A DNA stretch of 64,000 nt from the IMG/VR virus record IMGVR_UViG_3300028412_000009; one strand, given 5' to 3'. The position numbers were made by a program, and so were the translations under genes. Under the pieces are notes generated by a model. The model had not been told where the DNA came from and did no database searches. It was given only the letters and a program-made list of their open reading frames with translations. The DNA comes from a virus. Shown in pieces: positions 17,823 through 26,826 of this stretch; the first letter of the stretch is position 1; each line of letters begins with the position of its first letter.

Positions 17823-18385
17823 GTAAGCTTTCCTTGGCCGCACGCAATATGCTGGTACAGACTCCCGAGGTTCAGAGCCTCGTCTCTAGCGGGTTGATCG
17901 CAAGTGACTCTGAATGGGACAATGGGTGGGTTTTTGACAATTACATCATTCCCAGAGCTCTTGATGACAAGTCATACACCACAGCGGTCGTTGTTTCAGA
18001 GCGTGTCTGGCAGGATCCTAATCCACACAATACGATGAAGTTTCCCCTGCTGGAGGTCGATATTTGGGCGGCTCCTACGAGAGATAGTTCTGGTTCCATC
18101 ATAGAGAGGGACGCCGACGACCTCATTGAGGAGGTAATGGCTGGGATAATGCCTTATTTCCACGCTATTGATCGAGGCGTCCCCGGCAGATCTGGAGACC
18201 CTCATATCTCCTACATGGGCTCACCCGGAGAGGTGAGATATTGGGGAACAGAAGATGAGATTCTCAATCATACAGGGGTTCCTATTTTCGACTCCACCCA
18301 TATCAGCACAGAAGACTTCAGGGATGTTGAAGGCGGTAATGGGGTAAGGTACCGATCTTACCGCTTTGGCATCGAAACAGCTTAA
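17819..18385 (+). CDS. Hypothetical protein; candidate tail terminator
   Basis: 188 aa. 4-bp overlap with the upstream gene. Confidence 0.3.
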   Translation: MSKLSLAARNMLVQTPEVQSLVSSGLIASDSEWDNGWVFDNYIIPRALDDKSYTTAVVVSERVWQDPNPHNTMKFPLLEVDIWAAPTRDSSGSIIERDADDLIEEVMAGIMPYFHAIDRGVPGRSGDPHISYMGSPGEVRYWGTEDEILNHTGVPIFDSTHISTEDFRDVEGGNGVRYRSYRFGIETA

Positions 18386-19538
18386 TCCAATAACTCACAG
18401 AGGACTTGATCCCATGAAAGTATTGCTAACAATCCCACTCTCTCGTTTTTCAGGTTATGGGAATGACGGAATTGGACTTACCCGAGCCTTAGTACGTGCG
18501 GGGGCAGATGTATATATCCGTCCGAAGGTGGTGCAGGCTCCCCTTCCTGCTGACATTGCCCAGCTTCTGACAAAGGGGCTTCGAGCCCCTTTCGATCTCA
18601 CCATCACCCACTTGGACCCAGCGGCCTTACAGCTACCCCCCGACACCCGCGCCTCCAGTAAGATCTGCATCGCCTGGAGCATGTGGGAGTACACAGACTT
18701 TAGCTTCATGAGAGGTCGATCTAAACTCCGCGAGAATCTGCGAGACTACGATGCTGTAGTTGGGTATGACGAGGTTACTAACGAGTGTTTCCGCCCTTAT
18801 TATCGGGGTCCTATCCTGAAGCAACAAGGTGGATATGAGCCGGAAGGTTGGGAGTATTTAGAGCGGAATTGGAATTCGGAAGACTTCTATTTCTCCATGG
18901 TTGGGGCTCCCCTTTCTATCAGGAAGAATCCATTGTCTGCTGTGAAGGCATTTGGCGAACTCAAGAACGAGAACTCCGAGTTTGACAAACATGCTAGGTT
19001 GATGTTGAAAACTACCCCTGACGACAAAGGACTTAGCCCCAAGATGGAGGATGTGTATCCGGGTCTGAGGGTGTTCGCGGATACTTGGACCCCTGACATT
19101 CTCAAAGAGTTCTATCGGAACACCCACGTACTTCTGGCCCCCTCCCGGGGGGAAGGGAAGCACATGCCTTCTCTGGAGATCCAAAGCACTGGAGCTCCGG
19201 TCATCGCTACCAACTGGGGTGGCATGACTGAATGGCTTAGCCCTGAGTATTCCTACCCAGTGGACTACCGGCTGTCCCTTCAAGACCCTATCAACAAGTC
19301 TATGACTAACGCTGAAGTCTCGGTCCCTCATCTCAAAGAGCTTATGCTTCATGCGTTCCAGAATCGAGATGAAGTGAGGCACAAGGGGTTCGTAGCTTCG
19401 CAGATTATCCCTCAACTTTGCTCCTGGGAGAATGTTGTAGGTAGGTTGATGGGCAAATTGAGGGATCTCGAAGGTGGAGAGGAACTGTGGGCCCGTTACC
19501 AGATAGCTCTTTCGGAGGCTGAAGATGGAGACGACTGA
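18366..19538 (+). CDS. Glycosyltransferase family 4 (GT-B fold)
   Basis: C-terminal LAPSRGEGKHMPSLEIQSTGAPVIATNWGGMTEW matches the GT4 E-x7-E nucleotide-sugar motif (PSxxEGFG..EAMAxGxPVIAT). Embedded in the structural module. Confidence 0.7.
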   Translation: MASKQLNPITHRGLDPMKVLLTIPLSRFSGYGNDGIGLTRALVRAGADVYIRPKVVQAPLPADIAQLLTKGLRAPFDLTITHLDPAALQLPPDTRASSKICIAWSMWEYTDFSFMRGRSKLRENLRDYDAVVGYDEVTNECFRPYYRGPILKQQGGYEPEGWEYLERNWNSEDFYFSMVGAPLSIRKNPLSAVKAFGELKNENSEFDKHARLMLKTTPDDKGLSPKMEDVYPGLRVFADTWTPDILKEFYRNTHVLLAPSRGEGKHMPSLEIQSTGAPVIATNWGGMTEWLSPEYSYPVDYRLSLQDPINKSMTNAEVSVPHLKELMLHAFQNRDEVRHKGFVASQIIPQLCSWENVVGRLMGKLRDLEGGEELWARYQIALSEAEDGDD

Positions 19539-19770
19539 AGTCCGCTGTCCTGTAGGCCCCCGAAGATTGTTCACTAAACTCCTTAGCGATGGAAAAAAAC
19601 CTACCATCACCGCATCCAACCTAATTGAGTTTTCTTGCCCAGAGTGTAAGAAGCTTTTTAGGACGCAACACAATATCTATTGCTCTAGAGTTTTACACCG
19701 CTATGATTTAGCCGGAGAATTGGTTGAGTCAGTTCTTGAGGATGCTCAAGTTCGACCTCGTGGCCGATAG
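19525..19770 (+). CDS. Small zinc-ribbon protein
   Basis: CPVGP...CPECKK: two Cys pairs. 81 aa. Confidence 0.35.
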   Translation: METTEVRCPVGPRRLFTKLLSDGKKPTITASNLIEFSCPECKKLFRTQHNIYCSRVLHRYDLAGELVESVLEDAQVRPRGR

Positions 19771-19772
19771 TA
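19762..19772 (+). promoter_or_regulatory. Conserved intergenic 11-mer GGCCGATAGTA
   Basis: Overlaps the stop at 19768-19770 and lies 54 nt before the GTG at 19826. Confidence 0.3.
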
Positions 19773-19825
19773 GAAATAGCCGCTGTAAAGCGCGTTTCAT
19801 TTGACCTACCCTAAGGAGAAACACT

Positions 19826-20404
19826 GTGGCTACCAAGAACGTTGAGGGGTTTTCTATCTCTCACGCCGCGATTCTCGACGGCCAGACTGGACTTGAAGAA
19901 GAGTTCGGTGATCTGTATGGTATCCGCTCCGGTTCTCTAGAGCTTGATCAGGATAGCTACGACAACACTGGTGACGACGGAATCCTCAGTACCTGGTACT
20001 GGGCTAACAAAGTGAACGTCACCATTCAGTCTGGGTACATCCCGTTCCAGACCTGGTCTCTGATTTCCGGCTCGAAGGTTACCTCTTCCGGGTCGGGAGC
20101 TAGCGAGATTCTGGAAGCCCCCCTTTGGGAGCAGAGGCAGATGAACACTCAGCCTCGACCTATGCTTGTGCGAGTCCCTTCTAAGGACTCTGCGGGTGCG
20201 GTTCGCCTTCTGGACTTTATCCTGTTCAAGGTTCAGTTCCAGCCTTTCAGCTTCGACGGACCTTCTTACAAGGAAGGTCTTCTGGTTAACTACAATGGAT
20301 CCGCCTTGTTCTCGGACACTGACCACGAAGGCAACCAAGTAGTTGACTCTCAGACTGGGGATCCAACGACTGCCATTGGAAAGCTTATTTCCAAGGGAGT
20401 TTAA
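19826..20404 (+). CDS. Major tail protein (tail tube)
   Basis: 192 aa, GTG start with a strong RBS. Lies immediately upstream of the two chaperone genes and the tape measure gene. Gly/Ser/Thr-rich. Confidence 0.5.
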   Translation: MATKNVEGFSISHAAILDGQTGLEEEFGDLYGIRSGSLELDQDSYDNTGDDGILSTWYWANKVNVTIQSGYIPFQTWSLISGSKVTSSGSGASEILEAPLWEQRQMNTQPRPMLVRVPSKDSAGAVRLLDFILFKVQFQPFSFDGPSYKEGLLVNYNGSALFSDTDHEGNQVVDSQTGDPTTAIGKLISKGV

Positions 20405-20456
20405 GTAGAACACGGAGCTAAGTTAGAGCTTCTTCAACAAATACAAGGAGAGTCGC

Positions 20457-20993
20457 GTGACGACCGCAGAAACAGATACAGATGCAATTGTAACCGAACC
20501 TCGTGCCCTCACACTAGAGAATGGCGTTGAGGTTCGAGTAGAACGAATTCGACTAAGACAGTTGATGAGGTTCTTGAAGATTCTCACTAGAGGTGCTGGA
20601 GGAGCCCTTAGCTCTCTCAGCCTTTCTGAGGACAGTTCTCAGGAAGAGTTTGCTACAAACATCTTAATGGCTACAATTCTTGCTTTCCCTGAGGCTGAGG
20701 ATGAGTCGGTTGACTTCCTCACCTCCATGGTCTCCCCTGCTGGTCTTATCGAGGGCAAGAAGCTCTCTAAGGCTGAGATGGAGATCAACGACGGGAAGTA
20801 CCAGGCTGTCATTGAGGCTCTACACAATCCAGAGTTGGATGACACTGTTGCCATCATCACAGCGATTGTTGAGGTCGAGGGGCCCCACATCCGTTCCTTG
20901 GGAAAACAACTAGCGACCCTGCTGAAGGCACAGAAGAAGTCAGAGGTCGCAAAGAAGCCCAACGCCTCCTCCAAGAAAACCTCGAACGCCTAG
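20457..20993 (+). CDS. Tail assembly chaperone (gpG-like)
   Basis: 178 aa, acidic. Second ORF after the major tail protein and before the tape measure gene. Contains the slippery site G_GGA_AAA near its 3' end. Confidence 0.55.
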   Translation: MTTAETDTDAIVTEPRALTLENGVEVRVERIRLRQLMRFLKILTRGAGGALSSLSLSEDSSQEEFATNILMATILAFPEAEDESVDFLTSMVSPAGLIEGKKLSKAEMEINDGKYQAVIEALHNPELDDTVAIITAIVEVEGPHIRSLGKQLATLLKAQKKSEVAKKPNASSKKTSNA

Positions 20994-21379
20994 ACCCCCA
21001 GGGGCTCTTAGGAGGGTTCAGTGTTGCCTATGACTTGGTTGCCGCAGAGTACGGATGGTCCGACGAGTACATCAATAACCTCCCGCTTGTTCGGCTTCAT
21101 CAGATCGTTGCGGCAATCAGGACGAGAAAGTACTTTGAGTCCAGAGAAGAGGGACAACGCTTCTCCTGGTTGGCAAGGACGCTTGCTGCGTACGTTGCCG
21201 CTGGGTACATGGTCGAGGGAGATAACCCAGCCCTAGAGAAGGCTGGGACGATTGCCTATGACGACATTGAAGCCGCACTGCTTGGAGACCTACCTGAGAA
21301 AGAGGCAGAGAACAAGCCGGGTTCCTATGAGCGCCTACACATGCTCTTAGCCGGAGGCCCTAAGAGGGCGATTCAGTAG
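20457..21379 (+). CDS. Tail assembly chaperone G-T fusion, produced by a -1 frameshift at 20900-20906
   Basis: The -1 frame (ORF 21035-21379 and its upstream extension) has no stop across the end of G. Predicted fusion is about 307 aa, arranged like lambda G/GT. Confidence 0.5.
20900..20906 (+). promoter_or_regulatory. -1 programmed ribosomal frameshift slippery heptamer G_GGA_AAA
   Basis: XXXYYYZ heptamer aligned to the G zero frame. The -1 frame is open from about 20882 through to 21379. Confidence 0.55.
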
Positions 21380-21391
21380 TAAGGGGAGAGC

Positions 21392-24300
21392 ATGGAGAGA
21401 AACGAGACGAGGGTACTCTACAAAGCCCTTGCTGACTTCTCGGCTCTTTCCAACGCCGCCCGAAAGGCCCGCAAGGAAATCGCGGACCTCAAGAAGGAAG
21501 AGCGGGATCTCAACCGAGAGTCTGCCCGAGGCTCTAATGGCGCTGATAATAGGAGGAAGAACGAAGGAAAGCTCATTCAAGAGCAGATTCATTCTCTTCG
21601 TCAGCTCAACAGAGAACTTCGTGACACCTCCACGTCTGTCAAGGGCTTCAAGTCCCGCTTGGATGAGTCAAACACATCCCTGAATAGGGTTGGTTCCTCC
21701 ACCCAACGGACCACTGAGCATCACCGCAACTACCGGCGAGAAACAGACCGGACAAGCCTTGTTGTCGCTAAGCTGAGGACTCAGCTTGATGGACTAGCCA
21801 AGGGCTTCAACGCCCTTCGTAACTGGCGTCCTCGGCTGATTCCTCCTTTCATTGCGCTAGTTCCTATCGTGGGAGGTTTGCTGGCTCTTATTAATCCTTT
21901 GGTTGCGGGTATTGGAGCTTTGGGTGTTGCTACCTTTGGCTTCGCCTCTAGTTTGGTATCCCTGTCAGGAGCCGCCCTCTCGGTGATTCCGGGCTTGACG
22001 GCTATCCTTACCTTGGTGGCCTCTCTGAAGACCGCATTCGGTGGGATTGGAACCGTCTTCCAGCGCTACAACGCTATGAAGGAAGCCTCTGGCGGCGGAG
22101 GAGGCTCGGCCCAAGCTGAGCTAACCCGGGCGGAGGAGCTGGAGCGGGCGAACATTAGGTATGCCCGAGCGCTTGAGAATGTCCGCTGGGCTCAAGAGGA
22201 CCTCAACAAAGCCCGCGAGGATTACATTCAGCTTCTTAAGGACTTAGAGAAGGCCGTCAACGACGCTTCTAAGGCCGAGGGCATAGCTCGGGACAACGCC
22301 CGATTTTCTCAGGAGTACGCCACCGAGATCGCCGGAGATCCGAACGTTTCCGAGGCTGATCAGGTTGCCGCCCAAGAGTACGCTGACTATCTCAAGGAGC
22401 AGGCGGAAGAGGCCCGCGAGATCCGCATTGAGACTGAGAAGGAGCTCAAGGAAGCCGAGAGAGGCGGAGTAGACAATAATCGCCAGGTGATTCAGGCTCA
22501 GCGTCGTCTTGAGGATGCTACCTGGGCTGTTCGCGATGCCCAGTTAGCTCTCACCAACACTCAGAATGGAACTGCGGGAGCGGCCTCTGCCGCCGCCTCA
22601 GCTGAGGCCGCGTTCCGGAAGGCACTAGACAAGCTTTCTCCTTCTGCCCGCTCAGTGGTTGAGACCCTCATTGCTCTGAAGGAGGAGTGGGAGGATGTTC
22701 AGCGAACTGTTCAGGAGTCGTTCTTCAAGGAGATTGTAGACGACGCTAAGTTGTTGTTCGATCTTCTTCCTAGCCTGACTATTCTCTTGAGTTCTGCCGC
22801 TGGAGCCGCAGGTAGAGTCACTTCTGACCTTCTTCAGCAAATCACCTCTGACGAGTGGCTCGAAGATATTGCGTCTATTGCTGGTCAGAACGTTGCCCTC
22901 ATTGAAAACTATGGGGACGCGCTTGGAAGTATTCTTGACATCTTCAGGAATATCACTGTAGCGGCTGGCCCCTTCGCTGTGGCATTGAGTGAGACCGTTG
23001 CTGATGGATTGGCTAGTCTCAGTGAGATTACGGCAACTGCTCGTGACGATGGATCCCTAGCAGAGTGGCTAGAGACCGTTGCCGATAGACTTGGCATGTG
23101 GTGGAGAATCATCAAGAATATCGGGAAGACCCTCTTCAATTATGGAGCGGCTTCCGCTGAATTTGGTGAGTGGCTCACTGGTAGTTTTGAAGAACAAACA
23201 GAGCGCTGGTTAGAGGCTTCTGAAAGAGCTCGGGAGGAAGACTCCAGGTTCAAGCAGTATCTTGAGGACCTCAAGCCTCTACTCAGTGAGCTGGCAGATC
23301 TGGCAGGAGCTTTCTTCGGCTGGTTTGCTGGGGTCTCCGCTGACGAAGACAACATTCAGAACATGAAGGATCTCTCTGAGTTGTTGCGTACTGATCTCGG
23401 CCCCGCTCTAGGTGAGCTTCTGGATCTACTCGCGGACTCAGAAATAGGCGAGAAGCTGATTGGAGCCCTTACAGACCTTGTCGAGTTGATTATTGACTTC
23501 CTAGAAAAGGGAGGCCTAGAGGGATTCGAGGAGTTCTATTCTGTCCTCTCCAGCATTTTCAATTTCTTCTCTGATCTCATTGCACTAACCCCAGAACCTG
23601 TTCTAAAGACTCTAGCCGTCACCCTAGGTGCTCTCTCAGCTATGACCTTCCTTGGTCTTGGCCGCATACTGAGTCTGCTTAGCCTTGTCCTTGGTAAGAA
23701 GCTGGCAATGGGAGCGCTCACTAAGCTCCTAGGAGCTTTTGGTTTGCTTGGAGGAGCGGCCACTCCTGTTCGTCCCCCCGGAGCCCCTCCTGTTCGTCCC
23801 CCCGGAGCCCCTCCTATTCTTCCCCCCGGAGGGGGTTTGAAGCCCGGAAAGCCTGCTGGCGGAGGCGTTGGCGGTTTCTTCGGTCGAGTAGTCAAGAGTC
23901 CTGTCGGTAAGGCTGGGTTAGTTGGCCTTATAGCGACTGCTGCTACTGAGGGTCTTGCTACGTTAATTGAAGACGGAGAGGGTACCAAGAGAGATCTAGC
24001 GGCGGCTGCAATTCGGGGCGCTCTCCTGGGTATTCCGGGGCAGATTTTCTCTATTGCTAATAGCGACATCGACTTCCAAAAGATCTGGGATGAAGCTATC
24101 GAAGGAGGGGAAGAGTTCCTTGATTGGGTAAAGGATCTCCCTCGTAGTATCGGTGTGCTTGTTGGAAATCTATGGAACGGTATCAAGTCCATAGGGTCTT
24201 GGCTTTCAGAGCAATGGGAAAAGTTCACCTCTTGGCTTTCGGAACTTCCTTTCAAGATTGGAGAATACGCCGGTAACGCCTGGAACCGTATGAAGGGCAT

Positions 24301-25207
24301 TGGCTCATGGTTAGGGGAGCAATGGGAAAAGTTCACCTCTTGGCTTTCGGAACTTCCTTTCAAGATTGGAGAATACGCCGGTAACGCCTGGAACCGTATG
24401 ATGGGCATTGGCCCATGGTTAGGGGAGCAATGGGAAAAGTTCACCTCTTGGCTTTCGAACCTCCCCAGTGATATTTCAAAAACAGCTGGGAACGTTTGGC
24501 GCTTTATTCAGGGCATCGGGGGATGGCTCTCCCAGCGGTGGGTCGAGTTTGCTGGCTGGCTCACTAGACTCCCTGGGATGGTGAAGGCGCGAGCCGGAGA
24601 CATCTGGAAGTCTATGAAGGGCATCGGGGGATGGCTGGGAGATCAGCTGGTTAGGATAAAGAACTGGTTCACAGCTCTTCCGAGAAGGATTAATGATTGG
24701 GCTAGTTCAGCCTGGGATGGTCTAAGCGGTTGGGCAAAGGAGATCTTTGGCGACTTCAAGGAAGGGTTTGACTCCACTCAACGGGGCGAGGGAAGAGGCA
24801 GTGTAAGAAACAACAGCACTGGTGGCTCAGTTCCTGGCTACGGAACCAACGATACAGTTCCTTCGATGCTTACCCCCGGAGAATTCGTCCTGAGGAAGTC
24901 GATTGTGAGGAAGATTGGAACTGATAACCTAAACAGAGTAAACGCTGGCATCATGTCTTTGTCAGAGGCCATGAACAGCTCTACTTCTTCTCGCCCAGAA
25001 TCTCAGCTCTCTTTCTTCCAGAATGGCGGAGAGGTAGGAAAGATGGTAGGATCTTCCCGGGCCTACAAGCCTACTTCCATGGGAACAACCATCGTGAACA
25101 ACTACACCATGGAGAATGTCAACATCAACAACCCAGTAGGAGAGCCCTCCGAGGAGTCCATTATTCAATCTGGACAGGAACTGGCCTTTGTAAATGGATG
25201 GGTGTAA
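21392..25207 (+). CDS. Tail tape measure protein
   Basis: 1271 aa. N-terminal coiled-coil. TM-like Gly/Ala-rich central segments. Multiple 36-aa W-rich repeats. Follows the G/GT genes. Confidence 0.8.
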   Translation: MERNETRVLYKALADFSALSNAARKARKEIADLKKEERDLNRESARGSNGADNRRKNEGKLIQEQIHSLRQLNRELRDTSTSVKGFKSRLDESNTSLNRVGSSTQRTTEHHRNYRRETDRTSLVVAKLRTQLDGLAKGFNALRNWRPRLIPPFIALVPIVGGLLALINPLVAGIGALGVATFGFASSLVSLSGAALSVIPGLTAILTLVASLKTAFGGIGTVFQRYNAMKEASGGGGGSAQAELTRAEELERANIRYARALENVRWAQEDLNKAREDYIQLLKDLEKAVNDASKAEGIARDNARFSQEYATEIAGDPNVSEADQVAAQEYADYLKEQAEEAREIRIETEKELKEAERGGVDNNRQVIQAQRRLEDATWAVRDAQLALTNTQNGTAGAASAAASAEAAFRKALDKLSPSARSVVETLIALKEEWEDVQRTVQESFFKEIVDDAKLLFDLLPSLTILLSSAAGAAGRVTSDLLQQITSDEWLEDIASIAGQNVALIENYGDALGSILDIFRNITVAAGPFAVALSETVADGLASLSEITATARDDGSLAEWLETVADRLGMWWRIIKNIGKTLFNYGAASAEFGEWLTGSFEEQTERWLEASERAREEDSRFKQYLEDLKPLLSELADLAGAFFGWFAGVSADEDNIQNMKDLSELLRTDLGPALGELLDLLADSEIGEKLIGALTDLVELIIDFLEKGGLEGFEEFYSVLSSIFNFFSDLIALTPEPVLKTLAVTLGALSAMTFLGLGRILSLLSLVLGKKLAMGALTKLLGAFGLLGGAATPVRPPGAPPVRPPGAPPILPPGGGLKPGKPAGGGVGGFFGRVVKSPVGKAGLVGLIATAATEGLATLIEDGEGTKRDLAAAAIRGALLGIPGQIFSIANSDIDFQKIWDEAIEGGEEFLDWVKDLPRSIGVLVGNLWNGIKSIGSWLSEQWEKFTSWLSELPFKIGEYAGNAWNRMKGIGSWLGEQWEKFTSWLSELPFKIGEYAGNAWNRMMGIGPWLGEQWEKFTSWLSNLPSDISKTAGNVWRFIQGIGGWLSQRWVEFAGWLTRLPGMVKARAGDIWKSMKGIGGWLGDQLVRIKNWFTALPRRINDWASSAWDGLSGWAKEIFGDFKEGFDSTQRGEGRGSVRNNSTGGSVPGYGTNDTVPSMLTPGEFVLRKSIVRKIGTDNLNRVNAGIMSLSEAMNSSTSSRPESQLSFFQNGGEVGKMVGSSRAYKPTSMGTTIVNNYTMENVNINNPVGEPSEESIIQSGQELAFVNGWV
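23761..23830 (+). repeat. In-frame direct repeat encoding PVRPPGAPP x2-3
   Basis: cctgttcgtccccccggagcccct is duplicated within the tape measure gene. Confidence 0.6.
24209..24424 (+). repeat. Two nearly identical 108-bp tandem copies within a larger array of six or more diverged 36-aa repeats in the tape measure gene
   Basis: EQWEKFTSWLSELPFKIGEYAGNAWNRM(K/M)GIG(S/P)WLG occurs twice, with only 2-3 nt differences. Flanking diverged copies span about 24100-24740. Confidence 0.85.
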
Positions 25208-25210
25208 CTC

Positions 25211-26020
25211 ATGGTAAATACTACACAGACCTATTGGGAAGTGAACGGGGTCTCCCTCAACACTTACGCACACAACATCTCAACTCTAGGTGGAGGAAGG
25301 ACGAATGTTCCTCTGACGAGAGGCTCGAATATTCTCGTCCCTTATCGCCGAGGTGAGGTCTACATTCCGAAGATCGCCACCTCTCGCGACATCACCTTGG
25401 CTATGTGGGTAGCTGGTGTTGATGCGGATGGCAAGCCTGAAGGGTCGTTTGAGGCCAGATGGCAGGACAACTTTGACACCCTCAGGAGATTGCTGTGGCG
25501 AGAGAATGAGACCGTTACGCTCACGAAGAGATTCTGGCGCAGGGTGCTGACTTCAGCCCCGGGTGACCCGGAGGTGTATGAGGACCAGATCGTGACAGCC
25601 TCCGCAGAAGCCGAATTTGTGAGGGGGTTGGAGCCTTCAATGTCAGCTCCGGGGTTGGCCCGCACTACGGTGACCTTCACACTTCCAGACCCGTTCTTCT
25701 ATGGAGCAGAGGAGACCGTGGAGTTTTCCTCAGACTCTGATACGATAGATGTGGCCGGGGACGTGCCAACGCAGAACATTGAAGTGGACCTAGGAGCCGG
25801 AGTCAGGATTGTGAACTCTTCTTATTCACCAACCCTATCGTTGAGAAGCAGTGTTGAGGCTTCTGTTGATGTTTTTAATAGAACTGTCTCTGGCCAGTCA
25901 GCGAACGCTCTCATCCAGTACTCCGGATCTGACAGCTGGTTCGAGCTCAATACCGGAGAAAATGACCTTGTTGTCACTGGTGGGGATGCCACCCTCCGCT
26001 ACCGGCCTGCATACTTCTAA
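25211..26020 (+). CDS. Distal tail protein (Dit-like), by position
   Basis: 269 aa, immediately downstream of the tape measure gene. Confidence 0.4.
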   Translation: MVNTTQTYWEVNGVSLNTYAHNISTLGGGRTNVPLTRGSNILVPYRRGEVYIPKIATSRDITLAMWVAGVDADGKPEGSFEARWQDNFDTLRRLLWRENETVTLTKRFWRRVLTSAPGDPEVYEDQIVTASAEAEFVRGLEPSMSAPGLARTTVTFTLPDPFFYGAEETVEFSSDSDTIDVAGDVPTQNIEVDLGAGVRIVNSSYSPTLSLRSSVEASVDVFNRTVSGQSANALIQYSGSDSWFELNTGENDLVVTGGDATLRYRPAYF

Positions 26021-26031
26021 GGAGAACGACA

Positions 26032-26826
26032 GTGGCTTTATTGAATGAGCTTACTAGATCAAAGATCATGCTTAAACAGTTTGGCGGGGAAGACTACACT
26101 CCCACTGCCTCGTGGAAACTTGCCGCTGTCACTAGCGCCCCTGACGAGGAGGACGGCTCTGGTCTTGAAGAGCCTCTAGCTTCATCTTACGGTCGAGTCA
26201 CTGTCCCTAACGACCTCACTACCTTTGAGCTGTCGCTAGAAGGAACTGAAGTGGTTAACTCTGAACAGTGGGTTTTCGGGCCAGCTACAGATGAATCCTG
26301 GGGTCCCATTTTGGGGATCGCCTTGTTTGATGCTTCCGATGAGTACATGGGGTACGCTCCTTTCTCTTCCCCTAGAATTGTCAACAAGAACGACCGGCTC
26401 TTAATAAAGCCAAAGTCATTTATTGTGGCTATGGAAACAACTCCCCTTTCCGTCTATGTAGAGGAAGCCCCTGTGCCTACGATCAAAACATCCCCTGACA
26501 ACACTCGTTTCATTCTCTCCGTGGACGATGCAGGAGCAACGGTATGGACTGAAACTACCGCCTTTGGGCCTCCTACTTCTCCCACCTCCCTTACAGACAC
26601 CGCTGGTGTTCTTTCTTGGACCGCATCTTCCGGCGACGGTGGCACTCCGATCAACTCATATACCGTATGGCACTACGACTCGGATAGTCTTCTTCAGAAT
26701 TATGAGGTGCTTTCCTCCTCTGAGCTCTCGTACGAGATCCCCCTAGATGAAGTAGGGACCTTCTTTGTCACCGCCGAGAACATTGTAGGGGCCAGTGATC
26801 CTAGTAATGAAGTGATCGTTTCCTAA
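26032..26826 (+). CDS. Tail protein with an FN3-like domain
   Basis: Segment TSPTSLTDTAGVLSWTASSGDGGTPINSYTVWHYD is typical of a fibronectin type III fold. Confidence 0.4.
   Translation: MALLNELTRSKIMLKQFGGEDYTPTASWKLAAVTSAPDEEDGSGLEEPLASSYGRVTVPNDLTTFELSLEGTEVVNSEQWVFGPATDESWGPILGIALFDASDEYMGYAPFSSPRIVNKNDRLLIKPKSFIVAMETTPLSVYVEEAPVPTIKTSPDNTRFILSVDDAGATVWTETTAFGPPTSPTSLTDTAGVLSWTASSGDGGTPINSYTVWHYDSDSLLQNYEVLSSSELSYEIPLDEVGTFFVTAENIVGASDPSNEVIVS

Noticed and set aside
21021-21236. ORF in the G zero-frame downstream of the G stop, as a possible alternative for the chaperone extension
   Set aside because: It begins after the in-frame stop at 20991-20993. The -1 frame, not this one, is continuous with the G body from 20882.
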